A DNA stretch of 23,403 nucleotides from a virus. The position numbers and the translations under genes are program-made. Each line of letters begins with the position of its first letter. The first letter of the stretch is position 1. Under the pieces are notes generated by a model. It did not search any database. It was not told the DNA's origin and saw only the letters and a program-made list of their open reading frames with translations. Of the stretch, positions 6,836 through 14,690 are shown in pieces. The stretch covers positions 1 to 23,403 of IMG/VR virus record IMGVR_UViG_3300012344_000009. One strand, 5' to 3'.

Positions 6836-6965
6836 AGGTGAGTAATCATAAGGGCAAAACTGATTAATATATCTGCCCTGATTTTTAATTGTATATGAAA
6901 GCATAATGTTTTTCTCCTTTTTCCTTTTAGAGGGGTTTGAGTAGTAGCGAACCCCTCTTCTTTTT
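6836..6965 (+). ncRNA. Candidate ~130-nt leader RNA / sRNA between the early promoter and an intrinsic terminator
   Basis: The predicted start is ~6836. Hairpin AGGGCA (6851-6856) / TGCCCT (6874-6879) is followed by GATTTTT. A terminator with 9-bp stem AGAGGGGTT (6929-6937) / AACCCCTCT (6950-6958) is followed by TCTTTTT. There is no plausible + strand ORF. The next gene starts at 7014. Confidence 0.3.
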
Positions 6966-7013
6966 AGGGAAGCAAGAGAGACATTGTATAACGAATGAAG
7001 GAGAATAAAATAA

Positions 7014-7151
7014 ATGTTAGTTAAAACGGAAACCATAACCATTAAAGTAAGTGAAGCCGAGAAGAAGGCTATTCAACAGATGGCGCAAGAGCAAGATATT
7101 AGCGTTAGTAAACTCTTGTATCGCTTTATAAAAAAGAACGGATTAATTTAA
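7014..7151 (+). CDS. Ribbon-helix-helix (CopG/Arc-like) DNA-binding protein, 45 aa, TAG-free
   Basis: ATG follows GAAGGAGAA. Translation: MLVKTETITIKVSEAEKKAIQQMAQEQDISVSKLLYRFIKKNGLI, a beta strand followed by two helices. It is below the 60-aa cutoff of the ORF track. Confidence 0.55.
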   Translation: MLVKTETITIKVSEAEKKAIQQMAQEQDISVSKLLYRFIKKNGLI

Positions 7152-7166
7152 AGGAGAAACAAAACA

Positions 7167-7349
7167 ATGGAACAAAGAACGTATCTTTATACTATTTTCA
7201 GCCGGGATTTAGCATTTAAGTTAGCATAGAAAGGTTTTAAATGCTACGGAACGGGAACAAACAGCCGATATAACGACAAAGAGGTATATTTCTTTAAAAA
7301 TACACCAGAACTTCACTATGAAATATACCAATACAAAAATAATAAATAA
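7167..7349 (+). CDS. Small DUF5659-like protein, 60 aa
   Basis: ATG follows AAGGAGAA. Translation: MEQRTYLYTIFSRDLAFKLA(TAG)KGFKCYGTGTNSRYNDKEVYFFKNTPELHYEIYQYKNNK. TAG at 7227-7229. Stop at TAA 7347-7349. Confidence 0.55.
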
Positions 7350-7373
7350 ATTTTAGAAAGGAATTATAACAAA

Positions 7374-8090
7374 ATGTCTTATCCAAACCAGTTATTTACA
7401 ATTTCACAAAGATAGAAGTGTGAAAAGGATTTTTTCCAACTTTCTAATAAAGCGTTCAAAGACGCTTATAAAAATTTATCTAAAAAAGCCCTTGGTATGT
7501 GGGTAATCTTAATAGGCAATAGCCCAGCTTTTACTAACGAATTAAGCCGTGCTGCGTTTAAGAAAGAGTTGAATATGGACGGGAAATCGTATGAGCGCGC
7601 TTGGAGAGAGTTGAAAGAGAAGGGTTATGCGGTTTTGAAAGAAGGCTCAAAGAATACTTATTTAATTCTGGAAGAGCCTATAAAAATTATCCCCCTCCAA
7701 ACGGAGGGAGATAATAACCCCGACAAAATTGAGGGAGATAATATCCCCCCCAAAATTGTCGATTATCCCCCCCAAAATTGTCCTTTATCTCCCTCAAAAT
7801 TGTCCTTTATCTCCCCCAAAATTGACGTAAGAAACAGAGAACATATAAACAGAGAAACAGAGAAAGAACGCTTTCTTCATTCCTCTGCTTCGCAGAGTAA
7901 TGAAGAAAGCTCTACCCCCAAACCCCCAAAGGGGGCTTCTCCAAGAGTAGAAGAAAAAGTAGGGGCGGATTTTATAGAAATCTCATTAGCAGAACTTCGG
8001 GCGATGGCTCAACAGGGGTTAAGCATTGATGTGATAAATAAAAAACGCGGATTGTTTAGAGGGAATGGAGTAATTTATAAAGCGGTATAA
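7374..8090 (+). CDS. Putative replication initiator / replisome organiser (winged-helix N-terminal domain), 238 aa
   Basis: ATG 7374 is in frame with track ORF 7497-8090 through TAG 7413-7415. The N-terminal region FFQLSNKAFKDAYKNLSKKALGMWVILIGN...SYERAWRELKEKGYAVL resembles phage Rep/DnaD-like organisers. The gene contains an iteron array (see 7717-7827). Confidence 0.55.
7717..7827 (+). repeat. Iteron array, candidate origin of replication inside the rep gene
   Basis: There are five direct repeats of C-run + AAAATTG(T/A)C: CCCCGACAAAATTGAG, CCCCCCCAAAATTGTCG, CCCCCCCAAAATTGTCCTTTATCT, CCCTCAAAATTGTCCTTTATCT and CCCCCAAAATTGAC. The palindrome CCCTCCAAACGGAGGG (7692-7707) precedes them. Confidence 0.65.
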
Positions 8091-8113
8091 AGGGGTGTCA
8101 TTATTACACCCCT
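8091..8113 (+). terminator. Hairpin directly after rep (possible terminator, no U-tract)
   Basis: An 8-bp stem AGGGGTGT / ACACCCCT with a 7-nt loop, starting 1 nt after the TAA. Confidence 0.3.
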
Positions 8114-8156
8114 CTAATAAGTAGGCAACAAAATGGTGAGTAGAAACAAGAGGGGA

Positions 8157-8285
8157 GCGCTAACGCGCCCCCGCCAAGAGTAGGAAGAAAGGAATGGTAA
8201 GCGCGGAGCGCGCCCTCCCTCTTTTCTCTTCCTCTTGGCGCGGAGCGCGGAGCGCGACGCTATATATTAGGAGGAATTAATAATG
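8157..8285 (+). repeat. Repeat element B: foldback (8174-8192 vs 8217-8238), GC heptad triplet and shared 5' cassette up to the ATG of 8283
   Basis: Interval 8217-8285 matches 14621-14690, with a 43-nt identical core CCCTCTTTTCTCTTCCTCTTGGCGCGGAGCGCGGAGCGCGACG followed by TATAT..AGGAGGA..TAATG. CCAAGAGTAGGAAGAAAGG is the inverted partner of the pyrimidine tract. The tandem heptads GCGCGGA GCGCGGA GCGCGAC lie at 8238-8258. Confidence 0.8.
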
Positions 8286-8711
8286 ACAGATAGTAAATAT
8301 GGCGAACAACTTTTTAAATCATTGATGGAATAGCGTGGGCATAAAGTTGAAGATTTAACCGCGCAAAAAGCATATTAGATATAGGATATTGATTTTAAAA
8401 TTACTTCATCTACTGGAAAAGTAGCAACCTTCGAAGTGAAGTATGATAGTAAGATAAATAAAACCGGAAACTTGTTTGTAGAATATTTTAGCGCGCACAA
8501 CTATGGCGGATTAGGCTGGTATGAATTTTGTAAGGCTGATTTTATAGCCTACGGAGACGCGCACACTAATACCTTCTATTGCTTCCTCTTGGAAGATTTA
8601 CGATAGTTAATTAATTCTCACAAGTTTAATACGGCAACAACCGATAACGGAAAAGTAGCGGGCTATTTAGTTCCGTTGCGTTTGATAGAAAATATGGAGG
8701 TAGGAGAATGA
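8283..8711 (+). CDS. PD-(D/E)XK-type nuclease-like protein, 142 aa
   Basis: ATG follows AGGAGGA. The motif is ...DIDFKITSSTGKVATFEVKYD...NLFVEYFS... (D...ExK). There are four in-frame TAGs (8331, 8376, 8382, 8604), which is why the ORF track shows nothing here. Stop at TGA 8709-8711. Confidence 0.5.
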
Positions 8712-8872
8712 GATACACAGGAGTAGAAGAAAGTATTTTTTTTATTAGATAGGAATATATCAAGCGCTTTTTCCCCGAACGATGGGAGGAAGCGCGCAAT
8801 ATGAATTATGATGAATTGAAGAAATTAGTTGATGAAGTGAGGGGTATAGTAGATGGCGCGCAGGACGAGTGA
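8708..8872 (+). CDS. Hypothetical protein, 54 aa
   Basis: The start is an ATGA overlap with the upstream stop. Translation: MRYTGVEESIFFIR(TAG)EYIKRFFPERWEEARNMNYDELKKLVDEVRGIVDGAQDE. Stop at TGA 8870-8872. Confidence 0.45.
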
Positions 8873-9245
8873 TTTAACCGCGAAGGAACGCGCTTTTTGT
8901 GAGGCGTATGTATAGAATTATAATGCTTGTCAGGCTTATTTAAGCGCGTATGATTGTAAATTGGAAACCGCTAATTCCGCTGGTTGGAAATTGTTATCAC
9001 GTCCCGCCATTATCAATTATATCAAGGAATTACAGCAAGCATTAACGGAGAGATACGTTGACGCAGCCGCGATAATATTAAATGAATTGATGGAAGATAT
9101 AACTTATCGTGATGAACACGGGAAGCATAGTAGCACTTGGCTGAAAAGCGCCGATTTAGCGCAGAAACAATTAGGCATTCAAAAGTTAAAGGCAGACATT
9201 CAAGCAGAGCATACAGTTATCAATGTGAATATTGAGGAAACTTGA
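8853..9245 (+). CDS. terS: Terminase small subunit (Terminase_2-like), 130 aa
   Basis: Translation: MARRTSDLTAKERAFCEAYV(TAG)NYNACQAYLSAYDCKLETANSAGWKLLSRPAIINYI... This is the typical terS N-terminal HTH pattern (LT.ke..F...Y...gNa..Ay..AGy). TAG at 8913-8915 joins it to track ORF 8961-9245. Stop at TGA 9243-9245. Confidence 0.8.
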
Positions 9246-9270
9246 CATTTAGCATAAAATGTGATATAAT
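9242..9270 (+). promoter_or_regulatory. Consensus sigma-A promoter with extended -10 overlapping the terS stop, upstream of terL
   Basis: TTGACA (9242-9247), a 17-nt spacer, then TGaTATAAT (-10 at 9265-9270). The sequence TTGACATTTAGCATAAAATGTGATATAATATATAT is a close copy of the promoter at 6801. A GAATATT element at 9227-9233 occupies the same upstream position. Confidence 0.75.
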
Positions 9271-9314
9271 ATATATGAGAGATTTGTTTAATTTATACAA
9301 AAAGAGGGGAGGCG

Positions 9315-10567
9315 ATGCCAATGCCCGCCATAGATTTAAATATCAGTAAAAATATGTTCGTCCCCCTCTATTTTCCCTACCTCTTGGATTATAGTTATAG
9401 GGATAATGTTTACTACGGCGGCAGATAAGCGCGTCGGGCAAAACGAAGTTTATAATGTAGAAACTTCTTATTAAGGGGCTGAAAGAAAAACGAACTATCT
9501 TGTTAATGCGTAAACAAACAAATCAGTTGAGAGATACGCTTTTCAAGGAAATGGCGCAAGTTATAGACGAGTTTCATTTAACCCCGTATTTTGATATTAA
9601 TAGAACGGAATTACGTTTTACTTGTAAGATTAACGGGACGGAATTTAAGTGTTAGGGATTGGACGAGCCAGAAAAGATAAAGGGCTTTGTAGATATAGCG
9701 GATGTATTTATGGACGAGATTACCGCCTTTACCGCAGAAGATGTAGAGTTAATACAAGGCACATTGAGAAGCCCAAAATATAAATTACCGTTGTAGATGT
9801 ATTTTGCGTTTAACCCTATCAGTAAAGCCAACTTTGTATATAAGTATTTTGGTTTTGATACGGGTATCGTTCCGCCCAATACCTTTATACTGAAAAGCAC
9901 TTATTTAGATAATCCCTTCTTGGGCGCTAACGTGGCGGAGCGCTACGAAACCTTAAAGTAGCGTGATTACCGGCGCTGGTAGATAGAGGCGTTAGGCGAT
10001 TTTGTAAGCCTTGATAGATTGGTATTCAATAATTACAAGGTAGAAGAATTCGATTATACGAAGATACAAGGGAAATTGTTGTGCGGATTAGATTATGGCT
10101 TTGTAAATGATATTAGCGCCTTCGTTGCTTCCGTAGCAACCGCCGATAATAAGTTATATGTGTTCCGCGAATGGGGAGACACAAATAAAACAAACCCCGA
10201 ATTATCTACCATTATCTCTACTCTTGGGTTTAGTAAGAGTGTGATAATAGCGGATTGTGCGGAGCAGAAAAGTATAGAAGAGATGCGCCGATGTGGAATA
10301 TAGAAAATTAAGCCTTGCGCAAAAGGGCAAGATAGTATAATCCACGGCATACAAAAATTACAATAGTATGAAATAGTTGTTCATCCTTCTTGTTAGGGAA
10401 TAATTACGGAACTACAAAATTATTCGTGGTAGAAAGATAAAAGCGGTGAGTATATCAACAAGCCTATTGATGCGTTCAATCACTACATAGACGCGCTGCG
10501 TTATAGCCTACAATGTATTGATGCTAACCGTATAAGAACGATGGACAAAAGTATTTTTGGATTATGA
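9315..10567 (+). CDS. terL: Terminase large subunit (PBSX/XtmB-like), ~416 aa, 9 in-frame TAGs and a frame break inside Walker A
   Basis: The N-terminal 37 codons (frame 0) MPMPAIDLNISKNMFVPLYFPYLLDYSYRDNVYYGGR stop at TAA 9426. The rest is in frame 2: (I)SASGKTKFIM.KLLIKGLKEKRTILLMRK...GLDEPEKIKG...VFMDEITAF...NHYIDALRYSL. TAGs at 9458, 9653, 9794, 9959, 9980, 10301, 10364, 10394 and 10430. Stop at TGA 10565-10567. Confidence 0.85.
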
Positions 10568-10586
10568 AAGCAAAGGAGGAGTTAGG

Positions 10587-11903
10587 TTGTATTTATATGA
10601 TTAGGAATTAACCCCGCAAATCATTACGCGCATTATACAGACGTTTGAAAGCAAAGAGAAGCCGAAGTTAACCCAATACTATAATTACTACAAAGGCACG
10701 CAAGCAATTATGAATAAAATTGCCACAGATGTGGGAAAACCCTGTAATAAAATTGTAAGCAATTATTGCTTTAATATAGTTTAGAACTATTCCGGTTATC
10801 TGTCGGGAATACCGATTGCTTATGCTTCACCGATTGATATTAGTGAAATTATTAAGGTATTAAATTATAACGATTATAAGAGCGAAGATACGGAACTTTT
10901 ACGGCAAGCGCTTATTTATGGCAGGGCGTTTGAAGTTGCCTATATTGACGAGTTAAGCCAAATACGTTTTAAGTTGTTTGATAGCCGTGAATGTATTCCC
11001 GTGTATGATACGACGTTAGAAGAAAATTTGCGCTATGTTATCCGCTACTACAAAATCAATATGTATAACGATAAGGACGAGTATTTTGTAGAAGTGTATA
11101 GCGACGAAAAAGTTGATTTATATAAATCACAAGCCGGTTATAGCACGCTGACATTGATTAGTAGCGAGGCGAATTATTTTAATCAAGTTCCTATCACTAT
11201 CTTTTCTCTCAATAAAGAAGAGGAAAGTATTTTCGATAAGGTTATGACATTACAAGATGCCTATAACAAACTTATCAGTAGTGAAGTAGATGATTTTGAG
11301 GCGTTTTGTGATAGTTATTTGGTGTTGCGGAATTGCTACGCCGAACCGGAAGATATTCAAAAGATGAAAGAAAATCGCGTTTTACTTCTTGGGGAAGGAG
11401 CGGACGCGCAATATTTAACTAAAACTATCAGCGATACGCAGATAGAAAATATGTTATAGAATATTAACGACACTATCCACAAAATAGCAAACTCGCCCGA
11501 TTTTAATGATGAGAAATTAATGGCGCAGAGTGGAATTGCTATGCGCTATAAGTTAGTTGGTTTTGAAAATAACGCTTCCGCTATTGAGGGACAGATGAAG
11601 AAAGCCCTTCAAAAGCGCATTGAATTGATTTGTGAGATTTTACATTTAACAGGCGCGGATGAAGATTGGCGCGACATTGAAATTATCTTTACACGCAATT
11701 TACCCGTTAACGTTTTGGAAATTGCCCAGATTATTAATCAGTTGCGCGGAATCGTTAGTGATGAAACCTTATTAGCACAGATACCTTTTGTTAATGACGT
11801 GTCCGCAGAATACGAAAAAGTAAAAGCCCAAAAGGAAGAGAATATTAGTATTTATTCTTTTGCGCACGAGAGCGCCGATCCGGAAGAAGCGAGCGCTGAA
11901 TGA
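10587..11903 (+). CDS. Portal protein (SPP1 gp6-like), 438 aa
   Basis: TTG 10587 lies 7 nt after AAGGAGG. The frame is continuous with ORFs 10974-11459 and 11520-11903 through TAG 10602, 10782 and 11457. Motifs: YYNYYKGTQAI, NKIVSNYCFNIV.NYSGYLSGIPI, LIYGRAFEVAY. Stop at TGA 11901-11903. Confidence 0.85.
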
Positions 11904-12655
11904 GTAGTATTTATTGGGAAGCGCGCGAACAAGAGGCACTTTATAATGAATTACTTAAAGAGGGCGAGAACCAATTAATAGGGCAATACCGGCGTTCCGC
12001 CCTTACTGTTCTTCACCTACTCTTGGATTTATACGCGGATGGATTACCCACGATAACCGATATTTATAGATACAATCGTTATTATGAGTTGTTGGGCTTG
12101 TTGAACAATGATTTAAAGGCGTTGGGCGCAAAAGAGATAGCGATAACTACTACTCTTTTAACTGATATGTATACCAAGAATAAGGCGATAATTGGCGATG
12201 CGAGTATGCTTTTACCTACTTCTCCAAAAGAGGTAGAAATGGTTATCAATAAGATTTGGTGCGCCGATGGAAAGCATTGGAGTAGCCGGATTTGGACACA
12301 CAAAGATGAACTTGCTAACAAAGTGCGGAATGGAATAATTGATTGTATCAGCCGAGGCGTTAGCAAGGACGAATTAACAAAGGAATTAATGCGTATTTAC
12401 GGAACTGAATTTTATAAGGCTGACAGAATAGCCAGAACAGAATTAAGTTATGTATAGGGACAAAGCACCCTTAATCGTTTTAAAGAGATGGGCGTAGGCT
12501 ATTACAAGATAATTACCGCCCACGATGGTAGAGTATGCGATATGTGCGCAGCGCTTGACGGGAAGATATTCCCGATTGATAAGGCGGAGATAGGTGTGAA
12601 TTATCCGCCTATTCACCCTAACGGGCGTTGCTCCATATTAGCAGTAAAGAAGTGA
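11900..12655 (+). CDS. Minor head protein (SPP1 gp7 / Mu F-like), 251 aa
   Basis: The start is an ATGA overlap with the portal stop. ORF 11900-12457 continues through TAG 12455. Motifs: ADRIARTELSYV.GQST and a C-terminal ITAHDGRVCDMCAALDGKIF...PPIHPNGRCSI (Cys-rich MuF C-terminus). Stop at TGA 12653-12655. Confidence 0.85.
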
Positions 12656-12666
12656 GGTATAAATAA

Positions 12667-12972
12667 ATGAGAGTATTTTTTATTAAAGAACTCGCCGAAG
12701 GCGCGTTCGTTGATTTAATTGATGATGCTGGTGGCGATTAGGTTGTTCAAGAACTTATCCTTCAAGTGAAGAACGACGCGAATATTACCATTAAGGGAAG
12801 AGTTGTAGATAGCGCTGAACTTCTGCCTCTTTCCGTTATTAATCAAAATGGGTTAGCTGTTGCTAACTCGATTGAAAGCGCGGGTTTATATATTGTTCCC
12901 GTTGAAGGTATGAGCGGTGTAGAGATTAGCGCCGAGGGAAGTATTAGCGTTGTAGTGAAAGCGATAGGGTGA
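12667..12972 (+). CDS. Hypothetical protein, 101 aa
   Basis: ATG follows GAGGT. It joins track ORF 12766-12972 in the same frame through TAG 12739-12741. Confidence 0.55.
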
Positions 12973-12976
12973 TGCT

Positions 12977-14047
12977 ATGAATATCATTTCTTACGCTATT
13001 GGTAGAAATAGCGGGGGTAGTAGTGGCGGAGATACGCCAACGGCAGAAGAATTGACATTGACGGGTGATTGCGCATATGCGTTTTATCACGGAACTTTTG
13101 ATTGGTTGATTAATAAATATGGAAATTCAATTACTACAAACAATATTACGCAAGGCAATAATATGTTTAATTTTACAACTGTATTATCTATTCCTTTTAC
13201 TTTAAATTGCGCTGATAACCCATATGATAATAGCGCTTTTTTAAGAATGTTTTTAAACGCTCAAAAATTACAAGTTGCGCCGAACATAACCGGCTATTTG
13301 CGCGGGGTAGAAAGTATGTTTAGTGGTTGCCTTAATCTTCACGCTATCCCTGAATATAACATTAATTTTGATAGATAGCACGCTGACACAAGCGGGAGTG
13401 TAAACAATATATTTAAGGATTGCTATAAACTACGTTCAATTCCCACTAATTTTTTAAAGCAATTATATAACGCGAACAATTATGGGTATCAAACTTCTTA
13501 TTATAGTTTCTTTAATGGTTGTTATTATTTAGATGAAATTGTTGGAATACCGGTTTCATCCGCTACCCTTACTTTAAACTGTTTCAGCCATACGTTTTTT
13601 AATTGTAAACGTGTAAAAAATATTATTTTTGATACAGATAACGGAAACGTAAAAACTGCTAATTGGAAAGCGCAAACTATTGATTTAACAGAAAATGGCG
13701 GAGTTGGGCATAGCGCCGGTTATGGGCTTGACACAATAGGCGATGATGATGGGTATAGATTAACCAACGCTACACAAATAACATCATTAAATTACGATAC
13801 TTTAAAAAATAACCCTGATAGTTGGGCAACCGTAAAAGAATATAGCCGTTATAATCACGATAGCGCCGTAGAAACCATTAATAGCCTTCCCGATACGAGC
13901 GCCTATATAGAGGCGAACGGCGGAACTAATACAATTAAGTTCCAAGGCGAGAGCGGAAAGTTAACCGATGGAGGCGCTATTAATACTCTCACCGAAGAAG
14001 AGATAGCCGTAGCAACCGCGAAGGGCTGGACAGTTTCGTTTGTTTAA
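12977..14047 (+). CDS. BspA-type leucine-rich-repeat-like accessory/structural protein, 356 aa
   Basis: ORF 12977-13378 continues through TAG 13376 to TAA 14045-14047. Recurrent MF.gC..L..IP-type repeats are present (MFSGCLNLHAIPE, IFKDCYKLRSIPT, FFNGCYYLDEIVGIP, FFNCKRVKNIIF). The C-terminus reads NTIKFQGESGKLTDGGAINTLTEEEIAVATAKGWTVSFV. Confidence 0.55.
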
Positions 14048-14059
14048 TGGAGGTAAAAA

Positions 14060-14284
14060 ATGAAAGCAAAAAGTTTTAGTTTAGTTAGATACGACGCTGA
14101 TGATGGAATGGTTTTCGATTGGGCAGAACCCCGCTACGTTGATGTTCCTAATGATAAGGATAACCCGGAAGCGGGAACACACCAAGAACAAGAACATCTT
14201 TACGCGAAAACCGTTTTTATTGGCGATAATGATAGCATTGATAATTATATCGAAGTTGCTGAACCCGATGGGCAAAGTAATTAA
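14060..14284 (+). CDS. Hypothetical acidic protein, 74 aa, TAG-free
   Basis: ATG lies 6 nt after GGAGG. It is intact in the ORF track. Confidence 0.6.
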   Translation: MKAKSFSLVRYDADDGMVFDWAEPRYVDVPNDKDNPEAGTHQEQEHLYAKTVFIGDNDSIDNYIEVAEPDGQSN

Positions 14285-14341
14285 ATCTAATAGCGCTATT
14301 TTTTAATATAAAATGAAATCAAGGTAATGGAGGTTATCAAT

Positions 14342-14617
14342 ATGGAAGAAATCTGGAAAGATTGCCCGCACTACCCCAACTATCTAATTTCCAATAGAGG
14401 TAGAGTATTTGATTTAAGCGCTCACCGCATTGTGAAGATATGGCAGAACAATGAAGGCTATCAGTTGGTTTAGTTGCGGAATTACACCAATAGGAACGAG
14501 AAGATACATAGATTAGTTGCGCTTGCGTTCATTCCAAACCCACAAGGCTATTGTAAAGTTGAACATAAGAACGGGATTAAGAACGATAACCGCGTAAGTA
14601 ATTTAGAGTGGCGCTAA
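14342..14617 (+). CDS. Free-standing HNH homing endonuclease (NUMOD4 + HNH_3-like), 91 aa
   Basis: ATG follows GGAGGT. Translation: [25 protein letters not shown]...GYQLV(TAG)[50 protein letters not shown] at 14471-14473. Stop at TAA 14615-14617. Confidence 0.85.
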
Positions 14618-14690
14618 CCGCCCTCTTTTCTCTTCCTCTTGGCGCGGAGCGCGGAGCGCGACGTTATATTAATAGGAGGATTTATTAATG
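14611..14690 (+). repeat. Repeat element C: second copy of the 5' cassette (pyrimidine tract, GC heptads, TATATT, SD, ATG)
   Basis: Interval 14621-14690 matches 8217-8285 (43-nt identical core). It starts at the HNH stop codon and ends at the scaffold ATG. It lacks the inverted purine arm found in element B. Confidence 0.8.

Noticed and set aside
6812-7042. Minus-strand 76-aa ORF across the early regulatory region, a possible divergent repressor gene.
   Set aside because: It spans the promoter, leader hairpins and terminator of the + strand. It has no HTH-like sequence, and its start lies inside the RHH gene. Only the internal 30-codon ORF has an SD; that is noted under the leader finding (6836-6965) as low confidence.
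7717-7827. CRISPR-like array (regularly spaced short repeats); the same was considered for the 132-nt repeats at 19939-21126.
   Set aside because: The 7717 repeats are only about 15-22 nt with almost no unique spacers, and they lie inside a coding frame, so they are iterons. The 132-nt units are diverged coding repeats of the tape measure. No cas genes are present.
8133-8282. With TAG as sense, an open frame from ATG 8133 (MVSRNKRGALTRPRQEQEERNGKRGARPPSFLFLLARSAERD...) runs in frame into the nuclease gene. It could be an Arg-rich N-terminal extension or an N-like peptide.
   Set aside because: A strong AGGAGGA SD and ATG at 8283 mark the likely real start. The same nucleotide repeat occurs before 14688 out of frame with that gene, and in a different frame at 16693-16752. 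Conservation is therefore at the nucleotide level. Pyrimidine- and GC-rich sequence easily lacks TAA and TGA by chance.
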